64,000 nucleotides of DNA from Bryobacterales bacterium. Its GTDB lineage: Bacteria > Acidobacteriota > Terriglobia > Bryobacterales > UBA6623. This document shows positions 42,737 through 52,880 of the stretch, piece after piece. A program made the position numbers and the translations under genes. The DNA is taken from positions 1,227 through 65,226 of the forward strand of contig JAPPLB010000123.1 in the NCBI GenBank assembly GCA_028819575.1. The letters are read 5' to 3'. A model generated the notes under the pieces. The model searched no databases and was not told the origin of the DNA. It saw only the letters and a program-made list of their open reading frames with translations. Each line of letters begins with the position of its first letter. Position 1 is the first letter of the stretch.

Positions 42737-45229
42737 GGCGCTCGCCACTGGGCTGACGGTGTGAGATCGCGCGGGGCGTCTGCGCGTCTTGGGGGCGGTC
42801 TTGCCGGCGTCCTTGGGCGGTTCAAGAACCAGCGAGATCACCTGATCCACGGTCTCGACGTACTTGATCTCGAGATCACCGAGCTGCTCGCTCTTGAGGT
42901 CCTCTTTTACCTGAACTTCATTCTCGGCCGGCAGGATGACTGTCTTGACGCCGGCGCGCCGAGCCGCCAGCACTTTCTCCTTGATGCCGCCGACGGGGAG
43001 GACCAGACCGCTGAGGGTCGTTTCGCCGGTCATTGCCAACTCCTTGTTGACGCAACGACCGGTAATGAGTGAGACCAGCGCCGTCACGGCCGTAATGCCT
43101 GCCGAGGGGCCGTCCTTCGGGATCGCGCCGGCCGGGACATGCAGATGCAAGTCGTGCTCCTTGAAATGGGCCGGCGGTATGTCCAGTTGCTTGGCATGGG
43201 CCCGCACCCAACTCAGCGCCGCCTGCATCGATTCCTGCATCACCTTGCCGAGGTGCCCGGTGAGCGTGAGCCCTTTGCCCGCGCCCGGCATCTGCGTTGC
43301 TTCGAGGTACAGCACGTCGCCGCCGGTGGGCGTCCACGCCAAACCGACCGATACCCCGGGGCGCCGCGTCCGTTTTGCGACTTCCGCCGCCTTGCGGTGC
43401 TTCGGGGCTCCGAGCGCCTCTTCCACTTTCTTGCGGCTCACCCGCAAGACGGAACGCTTCTTCGGTTTTACGGACTTCCTCTCGTCGGCTTGCTGCTCCG
43501 CCAGTGACTTGTCATGCGCAATGCGCCGCGCGCGTTTGCGGCAGACGGTCCCAATCTCCCGCTCCAGGTTCCGCACGCCGGCTTCGCGCGTGTAGCGGCG
43601 AATGATGTGCGACACCGCGTCCTCGCTGAAGCGAATATCAGACGCCCTCAGGCCGTTCTCGGAGATCTGCCGAGGTATCAGATACTGGAAGGCGATCTGT
43701 ATCTTCTCGGATTCGGTGTACCCCTGAAGCCGGAGCACTTCCATCCGGTCGCGCAGGGCATCGGGCACGGGGTCCATCACGTTGGCCGTCGTTACGAACA
43801 GGACTTTCGACAAATCAAAAGGCACGTCGAGGTAGTTGTCCCGGAAGGCGCTGTTCTGCTCCGGGTCGAGCACTTCCAGCAGCGCCGCTGACGGATCGCC
43901 CCGGAAGTCGCGGCCCAGCTTGTCGATCTCATCCAGCATGAAGACCGGGTCTCTCGTGCCCGCCCGTCGCAAGCTCTGGATAATCTGTCCGGGCAACGCT
44001 CCGATGTAGGTCCGGCGATGGCCGCGGACTTCCGCCTCGTCGTGAACGCCGCCGAGAGAAAGCCGCACAAATTCACGGCCAAGCGCGCGAGCAATCGATT
44101 TCCCGAGCGAAGTCTTGCCGACCCCCGGCGGCCCCACGAAGCACAGGATCGGCCCCTTGAGCGACGGCTTGAGCTGCAAGACCGCCAAATAGTCGAGGAT
44201 GCGCTCCTTGACCTTCTCGAGATCGTAGTGGTCTTCGTCGAGCACCTGCTTCGCCTTGATGATGTCCACGGAGCCGTCGGACGTCTTTTCCCACGGCAGC
44301 ACGACCAGCCAGTCGAGGTAGGTCCGCGTGACCGTGTAATCGGCGGCGGCGGGCGACATGCGTGAGAGCTTCTTCAACTCGCGATGCGCTTCTTTCCTGA
44401 CGTCGTCGGGCATGCCGGACTCGTCGATCTTCACGCGCAACTCTTCGATTTCCGCATTTTCGTCAAACTCGCCCAGCTCCTTCTGGATGGCCTTGATCTG
44501 CTCGCGCAAATAGAACTCGCGCTGCGATTCGGAAAGCTGATCCTGCACCTGAGATTGGATCTTGCTGCGAAGCTGCAGAACCTCGCGCTCTTTCACCAGA
44601 AAGCGCATCAGGTCTTCCATGCGCTGCTTGACGTCGGTTGTCTCGAGGACACCCTGCTTCTCGGGAGACGCCAGTCCAGGCAGCGCGGCGGCCATAAAAT
44701 CGGCCACGCGGCCGGGCTCCTCCAGATGGGTCACCATGGTGAGTGCGTCTTCGGAGAGCGCCGGCGACAGTTCGACCACTTCGCTGAAGACGTGGATGGA
44801 GTTCTGGCGCAACGCCTCCATCTCGGGCGTCGTCTCTCCGCCTTCTTCCATCACCTGCTCGTAACGCACCGTGTAGTAGGGCTTTTGCGATACGAACTCC
44901 GTGACGCGAATGCGCTCCAACCCTTCGCAGAAAATCAGCAGGCTGTTGTCGGGCATCCGCACGGATTTGTGGATCACGGCCAGGGTGCCGAGATGGTAGA
45001 GGTCGTCCGGGTCGGGCGCATCGATGCGCGGATCCCGCTGCGTCACGACGCCCAGAATCTTGTTCTCTCCGAGGGATGTCACCAGCGAGATCGAGCTCTC
45101 CCGGCCGATGTTCAAGGGCATCACGGCACGCGGGAAGAGCACCGTATCCCTCACCGGCAACAGCGCGATCTCTTCGGGAAACTCCGTCTCTGTGAACTCA
45201 ACCGGTTGATCGCTCTGCGATTCCGCCAT
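42734..45229 (-). CDS. lon: ATP-dependent protease La
   Basis: GPPGVGKTS, DEAEVRGHRRTYIGA, PKDGPSAG, GGIKEK. Confidence 0.98.
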   Translation of the reverse strand: MAESQSDQPVEFTETEFPEEIALLPVRDTVLFPRAVMPLNIGRESSISLVTSLGENKILGVVTQRDPRIDAPDPDDLYHLGTLAVIHKSVRMPDNSLLIFCEGLERIRVTEFVSQKPYYTVRYEQVMEEGGETTPEMEALRQNSIHVFSEVVELSPALSEDALTMVTHLEEPGRVADFMAAALPGLASPEKQGVLETTDVKQRMEDLMRFLVKEREVLQLRSKIQSQVQDQLSESQREFYLREQIKAIQKELGEFDENAEIEELRVKIDESGMPDDVRKEAHRELKKLSRMSPAAADYTVTRTYLDWLVVLPWEKTSDGSVDIIKAKQVLDEDHYDLEKVKERILDYLAVLQLKPSLKGPILCFVGPPGVGKTSLGKSIARALGREFVRLSLGGVHDEAEVRGHRRTYIGALPGQIIQSLRRAGTRDPVFMLDEIDKLGRDFRGDPSAALLEVLDPEQNSAFRDNYLDVPFDLSKVLFVTTANVMDPVPDALRDRMEVLRLQGYTESEKIQIAFQYLIPRQISENGLRASDIRFSEDAVSHIIRRYTREAGVRNLEREIGTVCRKRARRIAHDKSLAEQQADERKSVKPKKRSVLRVSRKKVEEALGAPKHRKAAEVAKRTRRPGVSVGLAWTPTGGDVLYLEATQMPGAGKGLTLTGHLGKVMQESMQAALSWVRAHAKQLDIPPAHFKEHDLHLHVPAGAIPKDGPSAGITAVTALVSLITGRCVNKELAMTGETTLSGLVLPVGGIKEKVLAARRAGVKTVILPAENEVQVKEDLKSEQLGDLEIKYVETVDQVISLVLEPPKDAGKTAPKTRRRPARSHTVSPVASA

Positions 45230-45246
45230 AGATTCCTTCACTCCGA

Positions 45247-46083
45247 TCAGGTCGCCTGCGGATAGCACCCGAGGACGGCCATGAAGTCCGTCATCTCACG
45301 CAGATGGGACATCGCGTTACGGCAGTTCGGTTCGTCGGGCGAACCCAGAAAATCAAGATAAAAGAGATATTCGAACATCCGTCCCCGAAACGGACGCGAC
45401 TCGATCTTGTCCATATTGATGTCACGCAGGGCAAAGGCGCTCAGGCATCGGAACAGCGTCCCCGGCTTGTTCGGGGTCGAGAAGACAATCGAGGTCTTCA
45501 GCGGGACACCCTTCTTCGCCGCCCTGCGCGGGGCCTTGCGCTTCAGCAGAAAGAAGCGCGTGTAGTTATGGCGATCGTCTTCGATCGACTTCTTCAACAA
45601 CTTGGCGCCGTAATACGCGGCCGCTGTCTCGGAGGCAATCGCGGCTACGGACGGATCGTTCTCCTTCATGATCCGCCGCACACTGCCGGCCGTGTCGTAG
45701 TCGATCTGCGCGCGAATCCGCTTGCGGCTCTTGAAGAAGTTCAGACATTGACGCAGCGCCACCGGGTGCGAGATCGCCGTCCGGACTTTCAAGAGCGTGG
45801 CTTCCGGGCGGCCGATGAGGTTGTGCACGATCCGCACCCGCGTCTCGGCCACGATCGGCAGCTTGAAGTTCAACAGGTGGTCGTAGTTCTCATGCACCGA
45901 GCCGTGAAGCGTATTCTCGATCGGCACGACCGAGGCGTCCGCCTGGCCCGACGCCAGCGCCTGGAACACATCTTCGAAGCTCTCACAAGGCAAGAAGTCG
46001 ATCGCGTCCCCCAGCATGCGCCGGGCGGCGTCTTCACTGAACGCCCCGCGCGCTCCTTGAAAGGCTACTCGATTTCGAGCCAC
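45247..46083 (-). CDS. pheA: Prephenate dehydratase
   Basis: FQGARGAFSE, VPIENT, SHPVAL.QC, NYTRF, KIESRP; ACT domain. Confidence 0.96.
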   Translation of the reverse strand: MARNRVAFQGARGAFSEDAARRMLGDAIDFLPCESFEDVFQALASGQADASVVPIENTLHGSVHENYDHLLNFKLPIVAETRVRIVHNLIGRPEATLLKVRTAISHPVALRQCLNFFKSRKRIRAQIDYDTAGSVRRIMKENDPSVAAIASETAAAYYGAKLLKKSIEDDRHNYTRFFLLKRKAPRRAAKKGVPLKTSIVFSTPNKPGTLFRCLSAFALRDINMDKIESRPFRGRMFEYLFYLDFLGSPDEPNCRNAMSHLREMTDFMAVLGCYPQAT

Positions 46084-46145
46084 TGGCGAATCTCTCGGGA
46101 CTGCCGGAAAATCGGCGCCGGACGGCGCTCCGTCCCGCCCTTATC

Positions 46146-47468
46146 TTATCCCGATCTGCGTTTTCGCTTCGCCTTGACGACGACCGGCGTCCCCTCGAAC
46201 GGGAAGGCGGCGCGGAGCTGATTCACGAGGAACCGCTCGAACGAGAAGTGGAACTTGTCATCGCCGGTGATGAAGAAGACGAACGTCGGCGGCGCCACGC
46301 CGGCCTGCGTAACGTAACGGATTTTCGGACGACGCGCTCCGGGATACGTCGCACGCTCGAAGTCGACGCTTTCTAGAAAGCGGTTGAGCTCGCCGGTCGG
46401 CACGCGGCGCCGGGACGCTTGCACCACCTGATGCAGCGACGAGAAGATCTGCTGCATGCCCTTGTCCTCGAGCGCCGAGACGAACCGCACCGGCGCGTAG
46501 GAAAGAAACTTGATCTTCTCGCGCATGTCCGTCTCGAACCGGCGCCGGCGCTTGTCGTCGACCAAGTCCCACTTGTTGACGATCACCACGGCGGCCTTGC
46601 CCGCTTCGTGCGCGTAGCCCGCGATACGGGTGTCGAGCGCCGCAACTCCTTCCACCGCGTCGACCATGAACAGGACCGCATCCGCGAGCCGGATGTGGCG
46701 CTGTGCCATGACGACGCTCAGCTTCTCGGCTAGCTCCCGCGTGGCGCCCTTGCGGCGGATCCCGGCGGTATCGACGAACTGGTACACCTTGCCCCGCCTT
46801 GTGACCTGCTCATCGACGGCGTCGCGGGTCGTCCCCGCCGTCGGAGAAACGATGGCCCGCTCCTTTCCGGTCAAACGATTCAGCAGCGTCGATTTGCCGG
46901 CGTTCGGACGTCCGATGATGGCGACGCGGATCGGCCGCTCCAGGTCATCCTCAGCCTCACCCTGAGGCAGATCGGCCGTCACGCGATCGAGAAGAGCCTC
47001 GATGCCGCGGCCGTGCTCGGCGGAGATCGGCAAAACGGCGTCGAACCCCAACTCATGAAAGTTCGCGGCGGCGCCGTCGGACGCGGGGGTATCGCACTTG
47101 TTCACCACGAGCGTGGACGGCTTGCCGACCCGGCGCAGCAGATCCGCCAAGTCGCGGTCGGTGCTCGTCAACTCCGCGCGGCCGTCGGCGACGAGCATCA
47201 CGTGAGCCGCCGTCTCCAGCGCTTCGCGCACCTTGTGATTGACGAGGATGGGGAACTCCTCCTTCTCGCCGAACAGCATGCCTCCCGTGTCGACCAAGTC
47301 AAACGCGCTGCCTTTCCAGGCGGCGCGCATCTGAATCCGGTCGCGGGTGATGCCCGGCTGGTCTCCGACAATCGACCGGCGGCTCGCGGTGATGCGGTTG
47401 AAGAGAGTGGACTTGCCGACGTTGGGACGCCCGACAATCACGACGGTCGGGCGCGCCGGGGCGCTCAT
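46146..47468 (-). CDS. der: Ribosome biogenesis GTPase Der
   Basis: Two G domains (GRPNVGKS, GRPNAGKS), DTGG/DTAG, PPTF KH-like domain. Confidence 0.98.
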   Translation of the reverse strand: MSAPARPTVVIVGRPNVGKSTLFNRITASRRSIVGDQPGITRDRIQMRAAWKGSAFDLVDTGGMLFGEKEEFPILVNHKVREALETAAHVMLVADGRAELTSTDRDLADLLRRVGKPSTLVVNKCDTPASDGAAANFHELGFDAVLPISAEHGRGIEALLDRVTADLPQGEAEDDLERPIRVAIIGRPNAGKSTLLNRLTGKERAIVSPTAGTTRDAVDEQVTRRGKVYQFVDTAGIRRKGATRELAEKLSVVMAQRHIRLADAVLFMVDAVEGVAALDTRIAGYAHEAGKAAVVIVNKWDLVDDKRRRRFETDMREKIKFLSYAPVRFVSALEDKGMQQIFSSLHQVVQASRRRVPTGELNRFLESVDFERATYPGARRPKIRYVTQAGVAPPTFVFFITGDDKFHFSFERFLVNQLRAAFPFEGTPVVVKAKRKRRSG

Positions 47469-47478
47469 GGCGGTTGGC

Positions 47479-48108
47479 CTACACCCCGTCGGTCGGACGC
47501 TGAATCAACGAGAGGAACTCTTCCCGCGTCTGCAGGTTGTCGCGGAACGCCCCCACCATGGCGCTGGTCACCGCGGACGAGTGCTGTTTCTCGATACCGC
47601 GCATCATGATGCAAAGATGCCGCGCTTCGATCACGACACCGACGCCGGCCGGATCGATCGCCTCCTGGATCGTGTCGGCGATCTGCTTGGTGAGCCTCTC
47701 CTGGACTTGCAACCGGCGGGCGAACATCTCGACGACGCGGGCCACCTTGCTGAGCCCGATCACCTTCTTCGTCGGAATGTAGGCCACGTGGACCTTGCCG
47801 AAGAAGGGCAGCAGGTGATGCTCGCAGAGACTGAACATCTCGATGTCTTTCACGATCACCATCTCGTCGTAGCTGACCTCGAACAGCGCGCCGTTCAACA
47901 CCTCTTTGGCGTCCATCCGATAGCCCTTCGTCAGCTCGGCGAGCGCCTTGCCGGCGCGCTCCGGCGTGCGCCGCAGCCCGTCGCGATCAGGGTCTTCGCC
48001 GATTTCCAGCAGCAATTGGCGATAAAACTCCGACATCGTCAGGTTCTCGAGCTCGCCGGAGGATTCCACTTCATCCAGGAGGTCGTGCAGGTTCAGTTTC
48101 ATGCTCAT
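47479..48108 (-). CDS. folE: GTP cyclohydrolase I
   Basis: [31 protein letters not shown]. Confidence 0.98.
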   Translation of the reverse strand: MSMKLNLHDLLDEVESSGELENLTMSEFYRQLLLEIGEDPDRDGLRRTPERAGKALAELTKGYRMDAKEVLNGALFEVSYDEMVIVKDIEMFSLCEHHLLPFFGKVHVAYIPTKKVIGLSKVARVVEMFARRLQVQERLTKQIADTIQEAIDPAGVGVVIEARHLCIMMRGIEKQHSSAVTSAMVGAFRDNLQTREEFLSLIQRPTDGV

Positions 48109-48116
48109 GGCGCGCG

Positions 48117-48536
48117 TCAACCCGTCACTTCACAAGAATTGCGAGCCGTCTCCTCGATGCGAACCCGATCCAGCCTCGCTCCATCGTCCCCGAACTCCGC
48201 ATCCCAGGCGGAGTTCAACCAGCGATGCACGAGCAACGAAAGATTCTCGGTCGTCGGGACGATCTCCCGCAACTCCTTGACGTCGTTGTTGAGGTCGGCG
48301 TGATCGATGCGGTCGAGGGCCGTGCGTCCGACGAAATCGTCCAGTTTCCCGCGGGGCACGACCATTCCCGCGAACCCGTCGGGTTCGCCCGTCACGCTCA
48401 CTTCGAGGACGTAGTTGTGCCCGTGGCCGAACGGATTGTTGCATTTGCCGAACAGACTCTCGTTCTCCGCGTCGCTCAGCACTCCGGCGTGCAGACGATG
48501 CGAAGCCGAAAATGAATACCGCCGAGTAAGCCGCAC
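48117..48536 (-). CDS. 6-pyruvoyl-tetrahydropterin synthase/QueD family (Cys-containing)
   Basis: [32 protein letters not shown]. Confidence 0.92.
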   Translation of the reverse strand: MRLTRRYSFSASHRLHAGVLSDAENESLFGKCNNPFGHGHNYVLEVSVTGEPDGFAGMVVPRGKLDDFVGRTALDRIDHADLNNDVKELREIVPTTENLSLLVHRWLNSAWDAEFGDDGARLDRVRIEETARNSCEVTG

Positions 48537-48982
48537 TACAGGATCGATCCTTGCCGAGCCGCTGATTCCCGCGGCCCAAAGTAGTCTACATAGAGGTCGC
48601 TCGTCTCATACAGCCGAACCCCGTGCAGCCGGCAGTCCTTCTCTTCGACCGGAGCCTCCAGCCGCCGCCAGATGTCTTTCGCGATATTCTCCGGCGTCGG
48701 CACGACCCGGTCGAACGGCTCGACTTCGTGATTGAGGAAGCGGTGATCGTAGAGATCGACCACATTCTCGTTGATGATCTCCTTGAGCACCTTCAAATCC
48801 ATGACCATGCCGTGAACCGGATCGACATCCCCCGTGACGGTGACCTCCAGGACGTAGTTGTGGCCGTGACCGGAGCGTCGGGCGGCCTTGCCGAAGAGCG
48901 CCTCGTTCTCCGCAACGCTCAAACCCGGAACGGCACAGAAATGGGAGGCCGAAAACTCAGCCTTGCGGGTGATCAATACCAA
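48536..48982 (-). CDS. 6-pyruvoyl-tetrahydropterin synthase/QueD family paralogue lacking the motif Cys
   Basis: FSASH, GKAARRSGHGHNY, DHRFLN, PTPENIA, LYET; probable TTG start at 48982. Confidence 0.88.
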   Translation of the reverse strand: MVLITRKAEFSASHFCAVPGLSVAENEALFGKAARRSGHGHNYVLEVTVTGDVDPVHGMVMDLKVLKEIINENVVDLYDHRFLNHEVEPFDRVVPTPENIAKDIWRRLEAPVEEKDCRLHGVRLYETSDLYVDYFGPRESAARQGSIL

Positions 48983-49030
48983 TTTGCGGAATCCCGGCGG
49001 GCTCGTTACATTGAGACCAGACCTCATTTT

Positions 49031-49552
49031 ATGGCATGGAGTTCCAAAGCGACGTGGGCCGGGGCCGTGAACCTGATCCTGCTGGGTGTGCTGCTCACCC
49101 GAGCGGTGCCGTACTTCCAGGTCCACAATGTCGAGGTCGGCGACCGCGCACCCGATTTCAACCTGACCGCCGATGACGGGAGCGGGATGAGCCTCTCGGA
49201 CTATCGGGGCAAGTACGTGCTTCTCAACTTCTGGGCGACCTGGTGTCCGCCCTGCGTTGAGGAGATGCCTTCTCTCAGCACCGTCCACGATCGATTCCAA
49301 CGGGACGGCCTCGTCGTTCTCGGCGTGAGCGTCGACGAGGAAAAAGAAGCGTACGACCGCTTTCTCGAGATTCGGCCGGTGAGCTTTCCCACTGCGCGCG
49401 ACCCGGAGCGCTCCGTCAGCACCATCTACGGCACGGCCAAGTACCCGGAGACGTATCTCATCGACCCCGAGGGGATCGTCATCCGCAAATACATCGGCCC
49501 CGAAGACTGGAACCGCCCGGAAATCTCGAACTACCTCAGCTCGCTGCTGTAG
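49031..49552 (+). CDS. TlpA/ResA-like thiol-disulfide oxidoreductase
   Basis: N-terminal TM helix, APDF, LNFWATWCPPCVEEMP, YPETYLID. Confidence 0.93.
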   Translation: MAWSSKATWAGAVNLILLGVLLTRAVPYFQVHNVEVGDRAPDFNLTADDGSGMSLSDYRGKYVLLNFWATWCPPCVEEMPSLSTVHDRFQRDGLVVLGVSVDEEKEAYDRFLEIRPVSFPTARDPERSVSTIYGTAKYPETYLIDPEGIVIRKYIGPEDWNRPEISNYLSSLL

Positions 49553-49584
49553 AAGGACGTGTTTCGTGTCTCGTGACCCGCAAA

Positions 49585-49620
49585 CACTTCGCTTCTCCAT
49601 GTGGGGAGAAATACAGGCTG
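49585..49620 (-). repeat. MITE-like single end, copy F
   Basis: CACTTCGCTTCTCCATGTGGGGAGAAATACAGGCT matches the end of copy G (CACTTCGTCTTGCCACGTGGTGAGAAATACAGGCT). Confidence 0.65.
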
Positions 49621-49784
49621 GGGCCGAATCTATTGCAGTCGCGCGGCTTTCGTGACGGCTCGGGAGCCTGCGCGCCGAGCAGTCTGCTCTGCCCGGTCCT
49701 CGATCTCCGGAACGCCGACCGTGTGATAGATTGGAGTTGCAAGATCCACTCCCGCGGCCCGCGCCGCGCGCTCACCCTCACAGC

Positions 49785-49878
<94 letters not shown>

Positions 49879-50182
49879 GCTAGTCCGATATGCCGACGGG
49901 TTTCGCGACGGCTTTCGCCCCACCGAACGGATACGTGCTACTGTCAGTCGGCTCCTCTGCCACCAAGAGCTTAGCCGCCTCAGTGAGTTCGAGCCGGAGC
50001 CGCCCTCCAGAGATACAAGCGGAGACCTAGAGCTCAGCCATCGGCCTCCGAACTGAGCAGCTAAAGTATCGAGGTCAGCCCCATCAAAGAGCTACTTGCT
50101 GGACCAGTGCGGACTGAATAAGCTGGGTAGTTCAAGTTCGCAGTACGGAGCAGGTAAGCCTGAACGGAATTAGGGATAGGAC

Positions 50183-51547
50183 ATGGGCAAGGCCAAGAGC
50201 GTCCGATCCAGCTTCATGACTAACGAAGAGACACGTGACAAACAGACTATGGACCTCCTTAAGGTTGACTCAAAACATCCTAGGCGTCTCATCTCTCGGG
50301 AGAACAGCAAGCTGGAATATAAGCAAAGCTTCAATTGGGGGAGTAAGGCAAAATATGCCAGGACGATGGCTGCCTTCGCGAACAATGCTGGCGGATTCAT
50401 CGTTTTCGGTGTCAAGGACTCACCACACGACATCGTAGGGGTAGATCAGGAGCGGTTCGAAAGACTAGACCCGTCCCGCGTCACTGAGTACTTGAACTCG
50501 ACATTTGCGCCCGAGTTGGATTGGGAAATGTTCCAAATTGATTTAGTTGGCGTCCAGCTCGGTGTCATCGCGGTCGCCTCCGCAAAAGAGAAGCCGATCG
50601 TATGTATCAAAGGGGATGGAAAGGACTTGCAAGAGGCAGAAATCTACTACCGGTATAGGGGGCAGTCTGGCCGCATCAGGTACCCAGAGCTTCAGAGCCT
50701 AATTGCTGAAGGACAGAGGCGTGAGAGGGCTGCCTTTTTAAAGCACCTGCGAAACATCGTCCGCATCGGCCCGGAGAACGTGGGGGTGCTAGATCTTGTC
50801 GATGGCAAACTTACTGGTCATGGAGGAAGCCTCATCGTCAACCAAGAGCTCCTAAATCAGATCCAGTTCATTCGAGAGGGTCACTTCACTGAGAGGGATG
50901 AGGAGAGAAAGCCAACGCTCCGTGTGGTCGGCGAAGTGGAGGAAGTGCAAGCGAATGTCCTACGCAAGGTTGGGACAATCATACGCCCAATGGTTATTGG
51001 TCAAGAAGAACTCATGCTTGGCTTCCTGCGACAAGAGCACCCTCAAGCGCCAGTTGAATATCTCAGGCAAGCCTGTCGCGAAAGCTCGACGAACATGCCA
51101 ATCTACCATTTCGCTCTGGTAGCAAACATAGACACAAAGCAACTCCGAGAGTTGATCGTGAAGGAGAAGCCAAACCGCAAAGCACTCCTAAATCGCCTTG
51201 ATGGCGCTACAATCCAAGCCGTTGGTTCTCTTCAGTTAGAAACGCCGGCCTCTATACAGCGGAAGGAGATCTTTGACATTTTGAACGCAGGAGAACTCAA
51301 TCGACTGGTGAGGTACGGGAACATAAGGCTGTTTGAGGCGATAAGTCACTACATGCCAACTTCACCACCGCTGGCACTCATGGCCGCGCTTGTGAAGTTA
51401 GTCGAGGACGAGTTCGAGAGGATGAATTCTAACGAACGGTCACTATGTCGAAAGGCAGTGGCACACCTTGATGAAGTGCTGAACCAGGATGAATGTTCTC
51501 GTCTTAGCAACTTTGAACTCACCTCCCGACAAACTGTTCATTCCTAG
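50183..51547 (+). CDS. Schlafen/AlbA_2 domain protein with uncharacterised C-terminal region
   Basis: RENSKLEYKQS (ExxxxExK), MAAFANNAGGFIVFGVKD, IYYRY.GQS; visibly AT-richer codons than flanking genes. Confidence 0.88.
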   Translation: MGKAKSVRSSFMTNEETRDKQTMDLLKVDSKHPRRLISRENSKLEYKQSFNWGSKAKYARTMAAFANNAGGFIVFGVKDSPHDIVGVDQERFERLDPSRVTEYLNSTFAPELDWEMFQIDLVGVQLGVIAVASAKEKPIVCIKGDGKDLQEAEIYYRYRGQSGRIRYPELQSLIAEGQRRERAAFLKHLRNIVRIGPENVGVLDLVDGKLTGHGGSLIVNQELLNQIQFIREGHFTERDEERKPTLRVVGEVEEVQANVLRKVGTIIRPMVIGQEELMLGFLRQEHPQAPVEYLRQACRESSTNMPIYHFALVANIDTKQLRELIVKEKPNRKALLNRLDGATIQAVGSLQLETPASIQRKEIFDILNAGELNRLVRYGNIRLFEAISHYMPTSPPLALMAALVKLVEDEFERMNSNERSLCRKAVAHLDEVLNQDECSRLSNFELTSRQTVHS

Positions 51548-51631
51548 GTTCTCTCTGATCGTGATTTGTAGCCATCGCTGGCTACCCTTGCTTGCCACCG
51601 TCATGTCAGCTGTGCCCACCGGCGGGAACGG

Positions 51632-52465
51632 TTAGGGGCGCGCTCCTGCCACGCTGGCGAGCGCCGCCTTCAATACCTGAAAACACACCTTTGCGGTGTG
51701 CTCATCAGGCGTGAAGTTGGACACTATCTGCTGGTAAGGATGAATGTAGTTTCGAAAATCACGAAGCCCATGACTGAATTTCTGCACATCAGGCTTCAGG
51801 ACATCCACGTCGCTCGCCACGTGAATAAACTGTGCAAGAGTCCAGTCATGGAATCGCTTGACTTTTCCGTCTTCCGTCTTCGGGCTGACCGACGACTTGT
51901 TGAACTTGGCCGGCTCGTATTGCGCTTTACCAAGCAAGACGCCTTCAAGTATGCTTCCACATAAGAAGATGACCGAGAGATAAGCCCCTGCCTCTAGAGC
52001 CTTTTGAGCCTCTAGCAAGCGGCTCTCAATGATTGGGACAACGGCCGGTTCGACGGGAAGGTTCCGAACGTTTGGAATTGTGATTTCCTGGCTGAGAAAG
52101 CCCTGGACCGTGTTGACCGGTCTCGTTTCCTGACCAGCTCCCAAGATACGACCTATGATGTGACGTGCCTTTTCCAGGATCGGCCCATCGATATCTCTGC
52201 CGCTGAGTTCACAATCGACTTCATATTCATCCAGCATGTCAGAAAGCACTCGCCCTACCAGAGCGTCAGGTTCCTGCTCCCAGAACGATCGCATTTTCTT
52301 TGCTTTGGAAGTTCCATGAGTTTGGTACTTTCGACCGTGGATATCCACGCGATGTCGTCCAAAGAATTCACCGAAGGTCTTGTCGGAGTAGTTCAGAACA
52401 AAGCCGTCACCCATCTGCAGAGCCTTCTCAAGATAGCGCTTGTCAATGTGTGTAAGGCTGTTCAT
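51632..52465 (-). CDS. Putative abortive-infection-type protein with C-terminal HEPN domain
   Basis: N-domain MGDGFVLNYSDKTF..GTSKAKKMRSFW; C-domain EAQKAL..AYLSVIFLCGSILE and LRDFRNYIHP (HEPN R..H motif). Confidence 0.75.
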   Translation of the reverse strand: MNSLTHIDKRYLEKALQMGDGFVLNYSDKTFGEFFGRHRVDIHGRKYQTHGTSKAKKMRSFWEQEPDALVGRVLSDMLDEYEVDCELSGRDIDGPILEKARHIIGRILGAGQETRPVNTVQGFLSQEITIPNVRNLPVEPAVVPIIESRLLEAQKALEAGAYLSVIFLCGSILEGVLLGKAQYEPAKFNKSSVSPKTEDGKVKRFHDWTLAQFIHVASDVDVLKPDVQKFSHGLRDFRNYIHPYQQIVSNFTPDEHTAKVCFQVLKAALASVAGARP

Positions 52466-52880
52466 TAAGTGCCTCTATCTGTTGCCATCTCGACTTGGCT
52501 GTACGCGCGCGCTCGGTCTATGCAAGCAGAATTTGTTCTATGACATGGTATGCTCTCCGATGCCGCCACGGCCACAACATGTGGATCGGCTGACAAGTGC
52601 GTAACTGTCGACCACAAGGGCCGGGCTTCCCTCCACTGGTGATCTGAGCCGTTGGCGCGCACAAGGAACTCCTGATTTGGACGACGTGGATCGGGCTGTG
52701 CTAGCCTGACTACGTCCATTAGGGACCTGGGAATGGCGCCGGCGCCTGGTGGTTCATCAGGTGCGTCAGGCCGGGCAACCTCCGTTCCGACAAGACCGGA
52801 GCAAGGCTCAGGCTCTCGGGTATTGGGCGGCTGCCGGGCTCGGACGCCGGTTGCGGCATGATTGTGGAAGGGGATCAACC

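Noticed and set aside
49879-52880. Intact integrative element or prophage at tRNA-Ser
   Set aside because: No integrase or phage genes and no duplicated tRNA 3' end (attR) found by eye.
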